A DNA stretch of 64,000 nucleotides, from the IMG/VR virus record IMGVR_UViG_3300030329_003631, positions 1-64,000 of that record; one strand, written 5' to 3'. This DNA is from an uncultured virus (IMG/VR IMGVR_UViG_3300030329_003631) (taxonomy: Duplodnaviria > Heunggongvirae > Uroviricota > Caudoviricetes). The notes beneath the pieces are model-generated. The model had not been told where the DNA came from. It saw only the letters and a list, made by a program, of their open reading frames with translations, and did not search any database. The stretch's first letter is position 1; every line of letters begins with the position of its first letter. Shown here one piece after another: positions 7,630 to 18,600 of the stretch. The translations under genes were made by a program, and so were the position numbers.

Positions 7630-9813
7630 GTGGATAGTTTAGTAGTTACCAGCGTCACAAGACCAAATAGGTTATTAGACGAAAAAAATAGAGAGTATCA
7701 TGCGCAATTTGCGAGATGGGCACTAAACGCTTGTCATGATTCTTATCATCAGCAGTTTATAAGAAAGACTGCAATAAACTGGAATTTCTATAAAGGTAAT
7801 CAATGGATATATGATGAAGATCTAGAGTCTTTCTTAATGGATGAATCTGGAGATGTCAGAAATAGAATAAAGGTTACACAAAATCTAGTACGCCCTATTG
7901 TAGAGCAATATGTTGGTAATGCTATTAGAATGAATTTTAACGCTAAAGCTGTTGGGGTTTCTGAATTCGTTACAAATAGGAGAGAAGAATCTTTAGATAA
8001 ATTAAGAATGGTTCATATGGTTATGGATGAATCTCCTAATACAGCAGAATATTTTCAAAGTAAATATCCAGTGGGAGATGATTTCGAAGAAACAAAGACT
8101 TTATTTGCAAATTCTTTTGTAGATGATTATGAGAAAACTCTAAATAACTTAATGAGGTATATATCAGAGAAGAACAACTTTGAAGAAAAAAAGGTTCAAT
8201 GTGCAAAACATTTAGCTGTATCTGGAATGGGTATATTAAAAAGTTACGAGAGAGATATGGAGCAATACTGGGAAGTAGTTGATCCTACTTTCTTCTTTTT
8301 TGATAAAGGAGCTAAAAGACCAGACTTAAAAGATTCTGAATTTATGGGTGAATATTCTTTTATGTTGCCTACAGATATATTTGAGATGTTTCAAGAGCTA
8401 ACACCAGAAGAAGTTGAAGCTATAGAAACTTATTCAAATAGTCAACCATCTACTGCTGGTGTTCCTCATCTTTCAAATATATTAGGTATCGGATCTAATA
8501 GAGTTCCTGTATATGAAGTTTATTGGAAAGATGTAGAGATACAAACTTATGGCTATATAGAAGATGAATTTGGTTATGAATATTTCACAGTAATAGGTGA
8601 TGATGTGTCAGAAGAAGATCTGATTATACCTAAATCAGAGATGGGTGTAAAAATTATGCAAGGAGAAAAAACAAGACAATTATTTGTAGACGTCCTTAGA
8701 TATGCTAAATTTATACCAGGAGAAGTTATTGGAACTTCTAATACAGAGATTGTACTAGAATATGGAACAGTTCCTTATCAGGAGGCAGACGCAGTTAGTC
8801 CTTCTAATGTAGAATTCCCTTATAAGGTATATTGCTGGAATTATAATAATGGTCAAATTATAAGCCCAATAGATGACGTTATAGATCCTCAAAGATTCAC
8901 TAATAGAGTTTTATCAGTTGCTGAGTCTCATATAAACAATTCAAGAGGTTCAGGAACTATTATAGACAGAGACACTGTAGACCCTCAAGGAGGAGAAGAA
9001 GATGTATTAAGAAACATGAATCTTAATAAACCTGTGTTTATTAATGCTAAAGGTAATGTTAATAACTCTGTAGGTCAATATAACTCAACTATGGGAGGAG
9101 ATGTAAATCAACTTTTTGGAGTTACAGAAGCTATGAGAGGAGTGATACAAAACATAACGGGAGTTAATGAGGCTATGACTGGAACAGGTGGAGGATATAG
9201 AGAATTAGTAGGAGTTAGAGAAATGCAGATAAACCAAGGATCTCTTATGCAAGAGCCTTTTTACTTTTGTTTATCTAGAATTTTATTACAAGCATATCAA
9301 AGTATGGTAACTCAAGGTAAGCGTATATATGCAGATAACCCTAGAGCTTTATCTATAGCAACTGGAGATGATGGAGTTAAAAGAATTGAGATAACTTCTG
9401 ATATGAAGAACGAAGACTTTAGAGTATTTATCAAACGTGCATCTAGCGAACAAGAACAAAAACAAGCAGCTAATGACTTAATGCTTACATTGCTTCAAGC
9501 TCAGTTAATAGATCAATCAGTATTTGCAGAACTGTTCGGCAAAGCAGATACAGAAGATGTAGCTAGAGCTCTTCGTCAGCATCAAGCAGAAGTAGCTAAA
9601 GCTCAAAAAGAAGCTGAGAAAGCTCGTCAAGAACAAATGGCTCAAGCACAAGAGCAGCAAGCTATGATGGAACAAAACGCAGCTCAAGAAATGGATAGGC
9701 AACAAGATAGACAAGATTGGATGAGAGTATTTGAAGGAGATAAACAAAGAAAACATGAAATGGACTTAATGTCCAAGAAGGAGATATTGAAGAATAGATT
9801 AGGAAATAAGTGA
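7630..9813 (+). CDS. Portal protein
   Basis: 727 aa, GTG start; NWNFYKGNQW, NLVRPIVEQYVG, ITGVNEAMTG and a Gln-rich C-terminal coiled coil; lies between terL and the MCP gene. Confidence 0.88.
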   Translation: MDSLVVTSVTRPNRLLDEKNREYHAQFARWALNACHDSYHQQFIRKTAINWNFYKGNQWIYDEDLESFLMDESGDVRNRIKVTQNLVRPIVEQYVGNAIRMNFNAKAVGVSEFVTNRREESLDKLRMVHMVMDESPNTAEYFQSKYPVGDDFEETKTLFANSFVDDYEKTLNNLMRYISEKNNFEEKKVQCAKHLAVSGMGILKSYERDMEQYWEVVDPTFFFFDKGAKRPDLKDSEFMGEYSFMLPTDIFEMFQELTPEEVEAIETYSNSQPSTAGVPHLSNILGIGSNRVPVYEVYWKDVEIQTYGYIEDEFGYEYFTVIGDDVSEEDLIIPKSEMGVKIMQGEKTRQLFVDVLRYAKFIPGEVIGTSNTEIVLEYGTVPYQEADAVSPSNVEFPYKVYCWNYNNGQIISPIDDVIDPQRFTNRVLSVAESHINNSRGSGTIIDRDTVDPQGGEEDVLRNMNLNKPVFINAKGNVNNSVGQYNSTMGGDVNQLFGVTEAMRGVIQNITGVNEAMTGTGGGYRELVGVREMQINQGSLMQEPFYFCLSRILLQAYQSMVTQGKRIYADNPRALSIATGDDGVKRIEITSDMKNEDFRVFIKRASSEQEQKQAANDLMLTLLQAQLIDQSVFAELFGKADTEDVARALRQHQAEVAKAQKEAEKARQEQMAQAQEQQAMMEQNAAQEMDRQQDRQDWMRVFEGDKQRKHEMDLMSKKEILKNRLGNK

Positions 9814-9855
9814 TAATTTTAATAATTTTGTAAACTAATTAAATAAATTTTTGTT

Positions 9856-11052
9856 ATGTCAAAAGAAAACACCGTACCGCAAGAGGTCACCGAGAATCAA
9901 CGTCCTACAGCAGCGCCTGTAGAACCTGAATTAACTCCTGAAGCTCAACAAATTTCAACAGTGTTGAATGCAGTTAAGGAAAACCCAGCTTTAGCATCTG
10001 ATCCAGAAATCGCTAAAATAATGGAACTTGTAAATGAAAACCCAGGATCAAATGGACAGGCAGCTTCTGTTTCAAATCAGCAAGCACCACCAACTACAAC
10101 TGAAAGTAAATCTCCGTTTGTAGACAGAAATCAAACTCCTACACAACAAGCTGAAAATCAGCAAGTTGAAGAGTCAGTATTTTTTGGTAAGCAGCAACAA
10201 GCTGCTCAAGAACCTGCTCCTTCTGATTTATCAGAAGTGTATGATAGAATTAATAAAAAATATAGTATTAATACAGAAAATGGTATTGATAAGTTTTTTA
10301 ACTCTGTAGATACATGGAGAAAACAAGCTCAACAATCTTCTAAGATTGAAAGAGAGCTTAACGAAGTAAGACAGTCTTTTGAGTCTATGCCTCAACCATT
10401 ATTCAATGCATTTGAATCTTGGACAAGAGGAGAAGATTGGACTTCTCAAATTGTAAAAGAAGATACATATTTGGATTATACCAAACCTTTTGCTAATCAC
10501 GATAGAGAAAAAATGATCTCAAAGTATTTTGGAGATGATTACTCTGCAGAAGATATAGAAGATATGGATGGTAAGATGAAAACTAGACTATCTAAATTAG
10601 CAGAAAAACAATATACGATTGAACAGCAATCCTTTCAAACTGATAGAGCTAAATTACAGAACGCAAGAAAAGCTCAAGAAGAGCAAATAACTAGTTCTGT
10701 AGATTCTAGCTTAAACATTTTGAGAGAAGAGTTCCCTGAGTTTAATAATGATGCCCTATCAGAAATACGGCAAGCATTACTCAGCAACCAAGTAGATGCA
10801 TTGTTCAAAAATCAAGATGGCAACTATAGCGAAAATGCCGCTAAAATGTTAGCTTTCGCTCTCTATGGAGATGCTGAAAACAAACGTTTAATGAAAGTTG
10901 CGAAAAGACGTGGAGAATCAGAAGCGACAGAAAAACTTGTAACCAGAGGTTCAGATACGCCATCTGTAAAAGGTTCGCAAATAAATCAACCTCAAGATGT
11001 TAACCAAGTTGTAAAAATGTTTGATGGTCTGTTTCCGAAAAGCACTTATTAA
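9856..11052 (+). CDS. Probable capsid scaffolding protein
   Basis: Acidic/Gln-rich disordered N-terminus plus coiled coil, between portal and MCP; TAATTTTG box at 9823-9830. Confidence 0.65.
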   Translation: MSKENTVPQEVTENQRPTAAPVEPELTPEAQQISTVLNAVKENPALASDPEIAKIMELVNENPGSNGQAASVSNQQAPPTTTESKSPFVDRNQTPTQQAENQQVEESVFFGKQQQAAQEPAPSDLSEVYDRINKKYSINTENGIDKFFNSVDTWRKQAQQSSKIERELNEVRQSFESMPQPLFNAFESWTRGEDWTSQIVKEDTYLDYTKPFANHDREKMISKYFGDDYSAEDIEDMDGKMKTRLSKLAEKQYTIEQQSFQTDRAKLQNARKAQEEQITSSVDSSLNILREEFPEFNNDALSEIRQALLSNQVDALFKNQDGNYSENAAKMLAFALYGDAENKRLMKVAKRRGESEATEKLVTRGSDTPSVKGSQINQPQDVNQVVKMFDGLFPKSTY

Positions 11053-11080
11053 TAAATTTTTAACTTAAAAACTTTGAAAG

Positions 11081-12322
11081 ATGTCTACATTGTACACACC
11101 ATCTGTACCTCCTGCAACTTCTTATAGAAATGCAGACCTCAACTCGTTAGCGTCTACATATGCGTCTACGCATGGTCATAATACTACGGCTTTAATTCAA
11201 AGAATCGTAAAAGAGCTTATCTATGATGCTGCTCCTCAGCAATTCTTTGACTTAAAATTATTAGGTATGAAACCTATGGAACAGATCGCATCAGACGAGT
11301 GGTACTACCACGAAATGGGTTTTGGACGTGAGGCGATTGTTGCTACTGCTACAGCTGGAGCTGGAGCTTCGCAAACAATCACAGTGTCTTCTACAGATAA
11401 TATATCTGTTGACACTATTTTAGTATACCCAGACAACACTAAGGGTATCGTTACAGCCATTGATTCGGCTGCTAGTACTATTTCTGTTTCTAATTATTCA
11501 GGAGCGGGTAACTTAACTGCTGTCGCTATTAGCGATAGTTTTGCAGTTCTATCCCCTGTTGAAGCTGACGGAATGGATAGTATTTCTCAATACTTCCGTA
11601 TTGACACTGTTGAAAAACACAATTATGTTCAAATGCTTGTAAAAGCAATTCGTTTTGGTAAAATGGAACTTTACAAATACCAAAATGCTGGAACAACTTC
11701 TAACTACCTTTCTATGCAAAAGCAAAGAATGTTACAACAATTCAGAATTGATATGTCTAACGTTCTATGGAATGGTACTCAAGGAGAGGTTACTCTAGCT
11801 AATGGTATGAGAGCTAAAACTACTGGTGGAATTTTCCCTATCATGGTTGCAGCAGGTTCTCCAAGTGCTTCTACTACTATTGCTTCTTTACCACAAGCTG
11901 TTGAGCAATTAGCTCTTGATACTGAGTTTAAAGCTCTTGGTCATGTAAGATTCTTATATGCTACTCCAAGAATGCTTCATAACTTATCTCAAGAGTACAA
12001 GAGAGACTTAACTAGATATGCGCCAGACGATGAGATGGCAAAACTAGATCTTAAGGCTATCGATATGGGATCTTCTAAAATTGTATTCGTTCCTATGAAA
12101 CGATTTGAAGAGCCATCTTGTTTCCCTTCAGTATGGGCTAATCGTCTAGTCTTACTAGACCAAGAGTCTGTATCTTGTGTTAGAGTATTCCCAGACGAAA
12201 TGGGTGAAACTCTTAATAGAGAGGACGGATCATTAAACAACTACACTGATTATTGGATTTCTACAACAATGGGTGTTCAGTTTAATAATCCATTAGGTTC
12301 AGGTTATATTGATGTAACCTAG
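11081..12322 (+). CDS. Major capsid protein (HK97 fold, SU10/DUF5309-like)
   Basis: 413 aa; NYVQML, QFRIDMSNVLWNG, TTGGIFP motifs; position after the scaffold gene; biased codon use. Confidence 0.85.
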   Translation: MSTLYTPSVPPATSYRNADLNSLASTYASTHGHNTTALIQRIVKELIYDAAPQQFFDLKLLGMKPMEQIASDEWYYHEMGFGREAIVATATAGAGASQTITVSSTDNISVDTILVYPDNTKGIVTAIDSAASTISVSNYSGAGNLTAVAISDSFAVLSPVEADGMDSISQYFRIDTVEKHNYVQMLVKAIRFGKMELYKYQNAGTTSNYLSMQKQRMLQQFRIDMSNVLWNGTQGEVTLANGMRAKTTGGIFPIMVAAGSPSASTTIASLPQAVEQLALDTEFKALGHVRFLYATPRMLHNLSQEYKRDLTRYAPDDEMAKLDLKAIDMGSSKIVFVPMKRFEEPSCFPSVWANRLVLLDQESVSCVRVFPDEMGETLNREDGSLNNYTDYWISTTMGVQFNNPLGSGYIDVT

Positions 12323-12330
12323 GATTTTAT

Positions 12331-12383
12331 ATAGGAAAGTCAGGGGCTCTGAACGAGGTGTTTAGCCCCTGGCTATATCCTAT
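12331..12383 (+). terminator. Stem-loop after the MCP gene (terminator or mRNA stabiliser)
   Basis: ATAGGA..GTCAGGGGCT / AGCCCCTGGC..TCCTAT inverted repeat. Confidence 0.6.
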
Positions 12384-12420
12384 TAACTAAAGTATTTTTT
12401 TAATTAATAAATTATGTAAT

Positions 12421-13200
12421 ATGACAGCTAAAAAACAAACTACAGACGTTCCTAGCAATGATTTAGATATCAAAGCTGACGATAAAATTAGTTTAACAAA
12501 GGATGAGCTAAAAGGCTTAGTAGACAAATTGTTAGACGACAAGCTAAAAGCAATTCCTAAAAGTGAAGGATTGAATAATGCGCATTTAGAAGGAATTCTA
12601 GATGTATTAAGAGATTCTGTTCCTCAAAAAAATCCAGGAACTAGAATGGTTGCTGAATCAGAAATAGATGTGGATGATTATTTAGACATCCCTGCTACAT
12701 TTTTCTGCTACAGTTTCTCGTATACTTTATTCGGAGATATGAAGTATGGAAGACAAGTTAAATCTCCATATGGTACCCCTATTAAATTTAAACCTTTATA
12801 CAGGTATAAAAGACAAGGGGCTACTAAATTTTCAAGTGCAACAGTAAGTGTTAGTGTTGCAACTGTAAGAAGTAAAAAAGAATTAGAGTGGCTTAGAAAT
12901 CATTCTCTCTTTAATATCAAATTCTTTGAAAAAATTGGTGATGCTCAAAATGCTGATGTAACATTTTCTGAGAAAGTTGTAGAGACTAGTAATAGACTAA
13001 ACAGCATGTCTCAGTTTGAGGTTATTGAAAGAGCAAAATCAGAAGGTATCCCAATTAGTGACGACGTAGATGATATTAAAAGAAGATTGTGTTTTTATTT
13101 AGCAGAGAAGAATATTAAAAAGCCTGCTCCTGGACCAAGACCTGTTGATATGAATTGGAATCCGTCAAGAACAGATGAGGTCGTTAATCAAACATATTAA
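12421..13200 (+). CDS. Hypothetical head-associated protein
   Basis: 259-aa ORF after the MCP gene; TAATG overlap with the next gene. Confidence 0.65.
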   Translation: MTAKKQTTDVPSNDLDIKADDKISLTKDELKGLVDKLLDDKLKAIPKSEGLNNAHLEGILDVLRDSVPQKNPGTRMVAESEIDVDDYLDIPATFFCYSFSYTLFGDMKYGRQVKSPYGTPIKFKPLYRYKRQGATKFSSATVSVSVATVRSKKELEWLRNHSLFNIKFFEKIGDAQNADVTFSEKVVETSNRLNSMSQFEVIERAKSEGIPISDDVDDIKRRLCFYLAEKNIKKPAPGPRPVDMNWNPSRTDEVVNQTY

Positions 13201-14108
13201 TGCCTATAAATTCAAACGTCATAATAAACAGAATGCGTCAAGTAGGACTAGATGCAGAGAATGCTACCTACTACGATGATAATATTGACCTGATACCAGC
13301 TATCAATGCTTCAATTGAATGGTTGGTATCGGTCATTAATTCTGTGTATGGATCTAATAAGTTCTCAGAAGAGTTTTTTAGAGAGCTAACAAATAGTGCT
13401 GTATTTCAGACAAATACATACTCTAGAATAGAGTTTGGGAATCAACCAAACTTTACTGATGAAGTATGGTCTATATTGGCTGTATATCCTAAACCAGATG
13501 TTCATGTAAGTAGTATTCCTACAACAATAGATAACGCTTCAACAGGATATACTAGTGCTTATAATACAGGAATAAGTAATAATACAACTGGACTTATAAC
13601 ATCAGGAACATCACTAGAAGCAGCTAATGATCACGCTGGTAATGCTCTTTCTGATTGGGATTCTGTTTATAGAGGAGAATTAACTCATATAGATTCAGAT
13701 TATGATTGTAAAAGATTAACAATAGAAGAATGGGTAAGTACTAAAAGAAATCCTTTTTCAGCAGGAAATGAAGCAGAGACAAATCATGTTGAATATGCTT
13801 ATATAGCTCATATTGATCATTCTCCTTTTAAAAGCTTATCATTACCTTCTTTAACTACTGGAGTATATGATACAATTAGAGAAATAGAAATTAGACCTGT
13901 TCTAGCTAAAGAGTTAGCTACAATTTTCTATGTAAAAAGACCTAATTTAATTACTGGAGCTGGAGATAATATAGAATTTCCAGAATCTGTAACTAATTTA
14001 ATTTATGAAAAGGCATTACAATTCGTTTCATTTAAGCAGGGTGATAATACAAATATATATTCAGTTACTGGACAAGACATACAAATTTTAACTAGCGCTA
14101 TAACATAA
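13200..14108 (+). CDS. Head-tail adaptor/tail ring protein
   Basis: FYVKRP...IEFPE..NLIYEKAL C-terminal pattern of P22 gp4-like/crAss ring proteins; position in the module. Confidence 0.55.
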   Translation: MPINSNVIINRMRQVGLDAENATYYDDNIDLIPAINASIEWLVSVINSVYGSNKFSEEFFRELTNSAVFQTNTYSRIEFGNQPNFTDEVWSILAVYPKPDVHVSSIPTTIDNASTGYTSAYNTGISNNTTGLITSGTSLEAANDHAGNALSDWDSVYRGELTHIDSDYDCKRLTIEEWVSTKRNPFSAGNEAETNHVEYAYIAHIDHSPFKSLSLPSLTTGVYDTIREIEIRPVLAKELATIFYVKRPNLITGAGDNIEFPESVTNLIYEKALQFVSFKQGDNTNIYSVTGQDIQILTSAIT

Positions 14109-14902
14109 TGACATACAGATATTTAGCATATGATATTTTAGAGTCTTTTAAACAGACTTTTGACGATAAAGAAATTGGTCTTAATCATGTATTGTTTTGG
14201 ATAGAGACTATTGCTAATAGAATGGCTTCTAAAACTTTAATAAAAACTCAAGGAAGATGGAATGTAACAGGTAACTATTTAAATGTATTTTCAGCAGTAG
14301 CTGTAAATTTAGATGATACTACAGGAAGAAAGTTTTCTACATTACCTGAATTTATATTTGATTTAGATAATGAAAACGCAATTCAATATATAACTTATGA
14401 ACCACCTATACAGGCAGATTGTGATAAACATAATTATACTAAAGTTAGTTTTCTTCCTACAACTCCTGCAAAATCAAGAAGGTTATATTATAACTGCTAT
14501 GAAAAACCTTCAGCTAAAAATCCTTATTTTTATAGAAGAGGAAATAGATTATATTATTTAGGAATAGATAATGTAGATATAAGTACAGTAGAAATGGGAT
14601 TATATACAGCATTAGACCCTACTAATGTAACTAGTTTAGATGCAGACATTCCTTTACCTCCAGAAAAAATTCAAATACTAAGATACGAAGTATTAAATCT
14701 CGGAAAATTAGTTTTAATGGTTCCTCAAGATAGAGTGAACGAAGGTAATGATGCTACATCTACAGGTCAAAAACCTAAAGCATTACCAGACTCTCAACCT
14801 TATGGAGGAGCTCAAGCAGATGATGATATGGCCTCTGTTGCTACTACGACAGACTTACAGAAAGCTATGAGAAGCGCAGCTGTATCAGGTAAAACAAAAT
14901 AA
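14108..14902 (+). CDS. Tail ring protein
   Basis: PYFYRRGNRLY, DIPLPPE, PQDRVNEGND resemble crAss ring proteins. Confidence 0.55.
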   Translation: MTYRYLAYDILESFKQTFDDKEIGLNHVLFWIETIANRMASKTLIKTQGRWNVTGNYLNVFSAVAVNLDDTTGRKFSTLPEFIFDLDNENAIQYITYEPPIQADCDKHNYTKVSFLPTTPAKSRRLYYNCYEKPSAKNPYFYRRGNRLYYLGIDNVDISTVEMGLYTALDPTNVTSLDADIPLPPEKIQILRYEVLNLGKLVLMVPQDRVNEGNDATSTGQKPKALPDSQPYGGAQADDDMASVATTTDLQKAMRSAAVSGKTK

Positions 14903-14911
14903 ATAAAATAA

Positions 14912-15649
14912 ATGAATAGTAACGACTTTATATCGACAAATCAATTATTGGCAGATATTCTTATCAATGTAAATGATGAGGATTATAAGCAGCATGGGTT
15001 TACAAAAGGATTTTATGTATCTGCAATTCAACAAGCTTTAGAAGAAATGTCTTTTGATACATTCTTTGATGAGCAAACTATGGATGTAGATATACCTTCT
15101 AACTTTAGAATAAGAATGCCTAAGAATATATTTAATATTAGAGAGATGTATGTTCATAAAGGAACTTGTTGCTCTCCAAGATCGAGCGCTATTGTTCATT
15201 GGAAAAGACTTTATAATAATAAAGGAGGAGATGGATCTCAGTATACTGCTAAAAGAAAGAACGAAGGTTCAGATCCTATATATAGACCTAAGCTTACTAT
15301 ATCAGGAATAGACGGAGCTGCTATATATGCTAATATACAAAATGGAACAATTATGTTATCTTCTAATGTTAGTGGTTATTCTAAGTTAAGAATAATAGCT
15401 AATGGTATGGGAGTAGAAATAGGAGACGAACCAGTAGTCCCTAGATTCTTAAGACAGGTTACTATAGACTGGGTTACAGAAAGAACGTTTAGAGCTTTAG
15501 CGGCTAAAGATATGAGATTAAGAAATCTTTGGAGTGATTCATCTATGAAATTACAACAAAGTCAATTAAAAGCAGAAAGACGAATAAAAGGTATGGATAC
15601 GTGGGAAAGAGACAGTATGAGAGAGTATCTTGGAAGATTAAATTACTAA
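14912..15649 (+). CDS. Tail tubular/ring protein
   Basis: FISTNQLL, IRMPKN, IQNGTI, EPVVP pattern; directly precedes the muzzle gene. Confidence 0.55.
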   Translation: MNSNDFISTNQLLADILINVNDEDYKQHGFTKGFYVSAIQQALEEMSFDTFFDEQTMDVDIPSNFRIRMPKNIFNIREMYVHKGTCCSPRSSAIVHWKRLYNNKGGDGSQYTAKRKNEGSDPIYRPKLTISGIDGAAIYANIQNGTIMLSSNVSGYSKLRIIANGMGVEIGDEPVVPRFLRQVTIDWVTERTFRALAAKDMRLRNLWSDSSMKLQQSQLKAERRIKGMDTWERDSMREYLGRLNY

Positions 15650-15652
15650 GCC

Positions 15653-18600
15653 ATGCCTAAACATCAGCATCATAAAACTGACGGCAAGACGTATAACGCA
15701 GGAGCTAATAGAGACTTTGATAGAGAGTTTTTAGGGGGAATGAATGAAGGAGAGTATTTAGACGCTAAAAATATGCGCCCTGTAGACAGTAATGGAAATA
15801 CTCTTGCTTTAACAAAAATAGATGGAGACGCTGCATTATATCCTTTAACTCAAAATGCTTGCGATCCAGTAGCTCAAATTGCTTTTCCAAGTTTGCCTAC
15901 TCAGGATTATGAATGTCAAGGAATAATAGAAGTTAATGAGGATATAATAGATATATGGGTTTCGGATAACGTAGAAGAAACAGCACCTCCTGTTATAAGA
16001 ATTAATGGGACTGTAGTTGCTATGCATGAGGATTTACCTTTTAGAAAAGGAACTCCAATACAATATCATAAAAACGAAAGTTGTGTAGGAGGAGAGATAT
16101 ACTTAACAGATAATAGAACCCCGCCTTTATTATTTAATGTTTTAGACCTTAAACAAAATGGAGGCCTAACTGATCCTGTTGTATGTACAAATAAATACTT
16201 TGGAGCTTTTGATATAAACGCTTACACTACAAATGTAAATGCTCCTTCTAATAAACCTTATTTTGTAGGATTGTTTGTGGGAGGGGGCTTAGGAATGAAA
16301 ACTGGAGAATATCAATATGCCACTAGATATGTAACAGCTGATGGAGATAGAACAGAATGGAGTCCTTATACTCCTCCTATTCCAGTTCCAGCATCATCTG
16401 TATTAATAGATGAATTTAGTAATGTTCCTCTTACACCTGCACCAAATGGAGCTGGAGGTGGAGATGTATATCCTTACTCTAAAACTTTTGGACATGATCC
16501 TAATTTTGATACAGGAAAATGTGTAAAGCTTAGAATTAGAGTAGATAATAAACTAAGTTTTGAATATTTACAAATAAAAAGACAAGACTATACTTTAGGT
16601 CAATCATTTATGCCTCCTAGTAATTCAGTTATAGTTGCTGAGATACCTATAGCTCCTAATCAATGCGATGTTATAGAATGGTCGGACCCTGTAGATGCTT
16701 TAGGTTATAGTATAGAGATTGATGAAGAAGATGACGTTGGATTAAGTACAGTTATAGCTAAAGCAAAAACATGTCGGTATTTTAATAATAGATTATTCTT
16801 AATGAATATAGAAGAGGTTAGTAAAGATCAGAGTGGTAATGTTACATATACAGATAGTACTTTAGGAGCAGAATTAACTCCTGTTGTAAAGAAGTTAGGA
16901 AAGATAGGTCAAGCAGATCCTTATAATCATACTTACTATAAACCATTTATGTCTGGAGATAGATATGGCTTTGCAGTGGTATTCTATGATTCTACAAATT
17001 CTCCTTCTTTTGCAACACCTATAACAGGAAGCAATACTATAGACACATGGGCTTATGATGAAGCAAATCCAGGAACTTATTTAAATGAATATAATAATTA
17101 TTTAATGCCTAACAGAAGAGATATAATGACTTCTGCTGTTCAAAGTATATGCTATAATGGATTTTGCAAAGCAGCTAATAGACATGGAAGTATAGGCGGT
17201 ACATATGAGGTATTTGATCATACAGATGGTGTAGCTAAAACAGAAGCTAGACAGTTTATTAATATAAGCAATCAAAGATGGGTATTACTTTTTGAATCTC
17301 CTTATTATCTTTTTGGAGCTCAAATAACTCCTTGGTATGGATGTTCAGGAATTAGTAGATATAGAGCAAATGGAACAGGATGGTGGGGGCTTACTGCAGC
17401 TGGGAATAATTATGGGACTCATAATTATGATCATATTCCTAATGGTGAAGAGTGGGATAGCCCAGGAGTGACAACATTATGCCTTGCTACTTTATTTAAT
17501 TATGTTCACCCTAGAAGAGTGGGGTACAGACCTCTTCATCCAGTGGATATAAGTGATTATCAAACAGAATCAAGTCGTAGTGGACCAGGAGGTCATATGG
17601 GTCGTGCAGCTAACGATTATGTAATTAACACTAGAGTTAATATAGCTTCCAGTGGTGTTCAAGCAGGACTTAGTTCAGCTAATTGGTATACTTATAAACC
17701 AGAAGGATTTGGTTTTAACTATTATATGTTAGGTGTTGCTTTAGATGGAATTAATACATCTTCACTTCCCTCTTATATAACTGGATTTAGTATAGTTAGA
17801 ACAAAACCAGCAGGAAGAGTTCTTTGTCAAGGATTAGGATACTACTCTTTAATATCTTCTAGTGGTAGCGCTACTAATTTTGGAACACAAAAAAGACATG
17901 ACCAAATATGGTTCTATGGACCAGATTGCGACACTGGATATGGTTTAGGAGTAATGCTAGATCCAAATACTGGAGATCCTTCTGGAGGTATTATGTTAAA
18001 TGTTATAGATAGCGTAAACACTTTAGGAGTCAACTCTCCATATAAAGTTCAAATAATTAGTCCTGTAGGATTTTTTACAGAAGTTTATTCTTTTCTAAGA
18101 GAAGGGTTATCTCATGATTATAAATTAGATATGATAACATATTGCTCTATACTACAAGATAGCGGTCAAATTAATGTTCAAGAAAATAGTTATATGGGGA
18201 TTAGTTCAGGTGGAGATGATAACTATGTTGCTTTTGGAAAATGGAGACAGCAGGCTTCAATGTTATCAGATTTTAAACAGTCATCAACAAAAGGAAATAC
18301 TTATAATTCAACCACTTTTTCTGATTTAACTATATATACTATAGAAGAGATATGGGAAGTTAATACAGGAAGACAAAATTATTATAAAATAAGATTTGAT
18401 AGAGATATATATAAAACAAGATATATGGGAGGAAATGCTATTGATAATGAAAGAGGTTTTAATGATGCTAATTGTGAAAACTGGCATGAACCTATGTATG
18501 TTTGTAATATAATTATTGATGGCGCTTATGTTCCTCAAAATACTGTTCAAGAATATTATCATACATCTGCTCATATAAATTTAAGAAGTGTAGTAGCTAG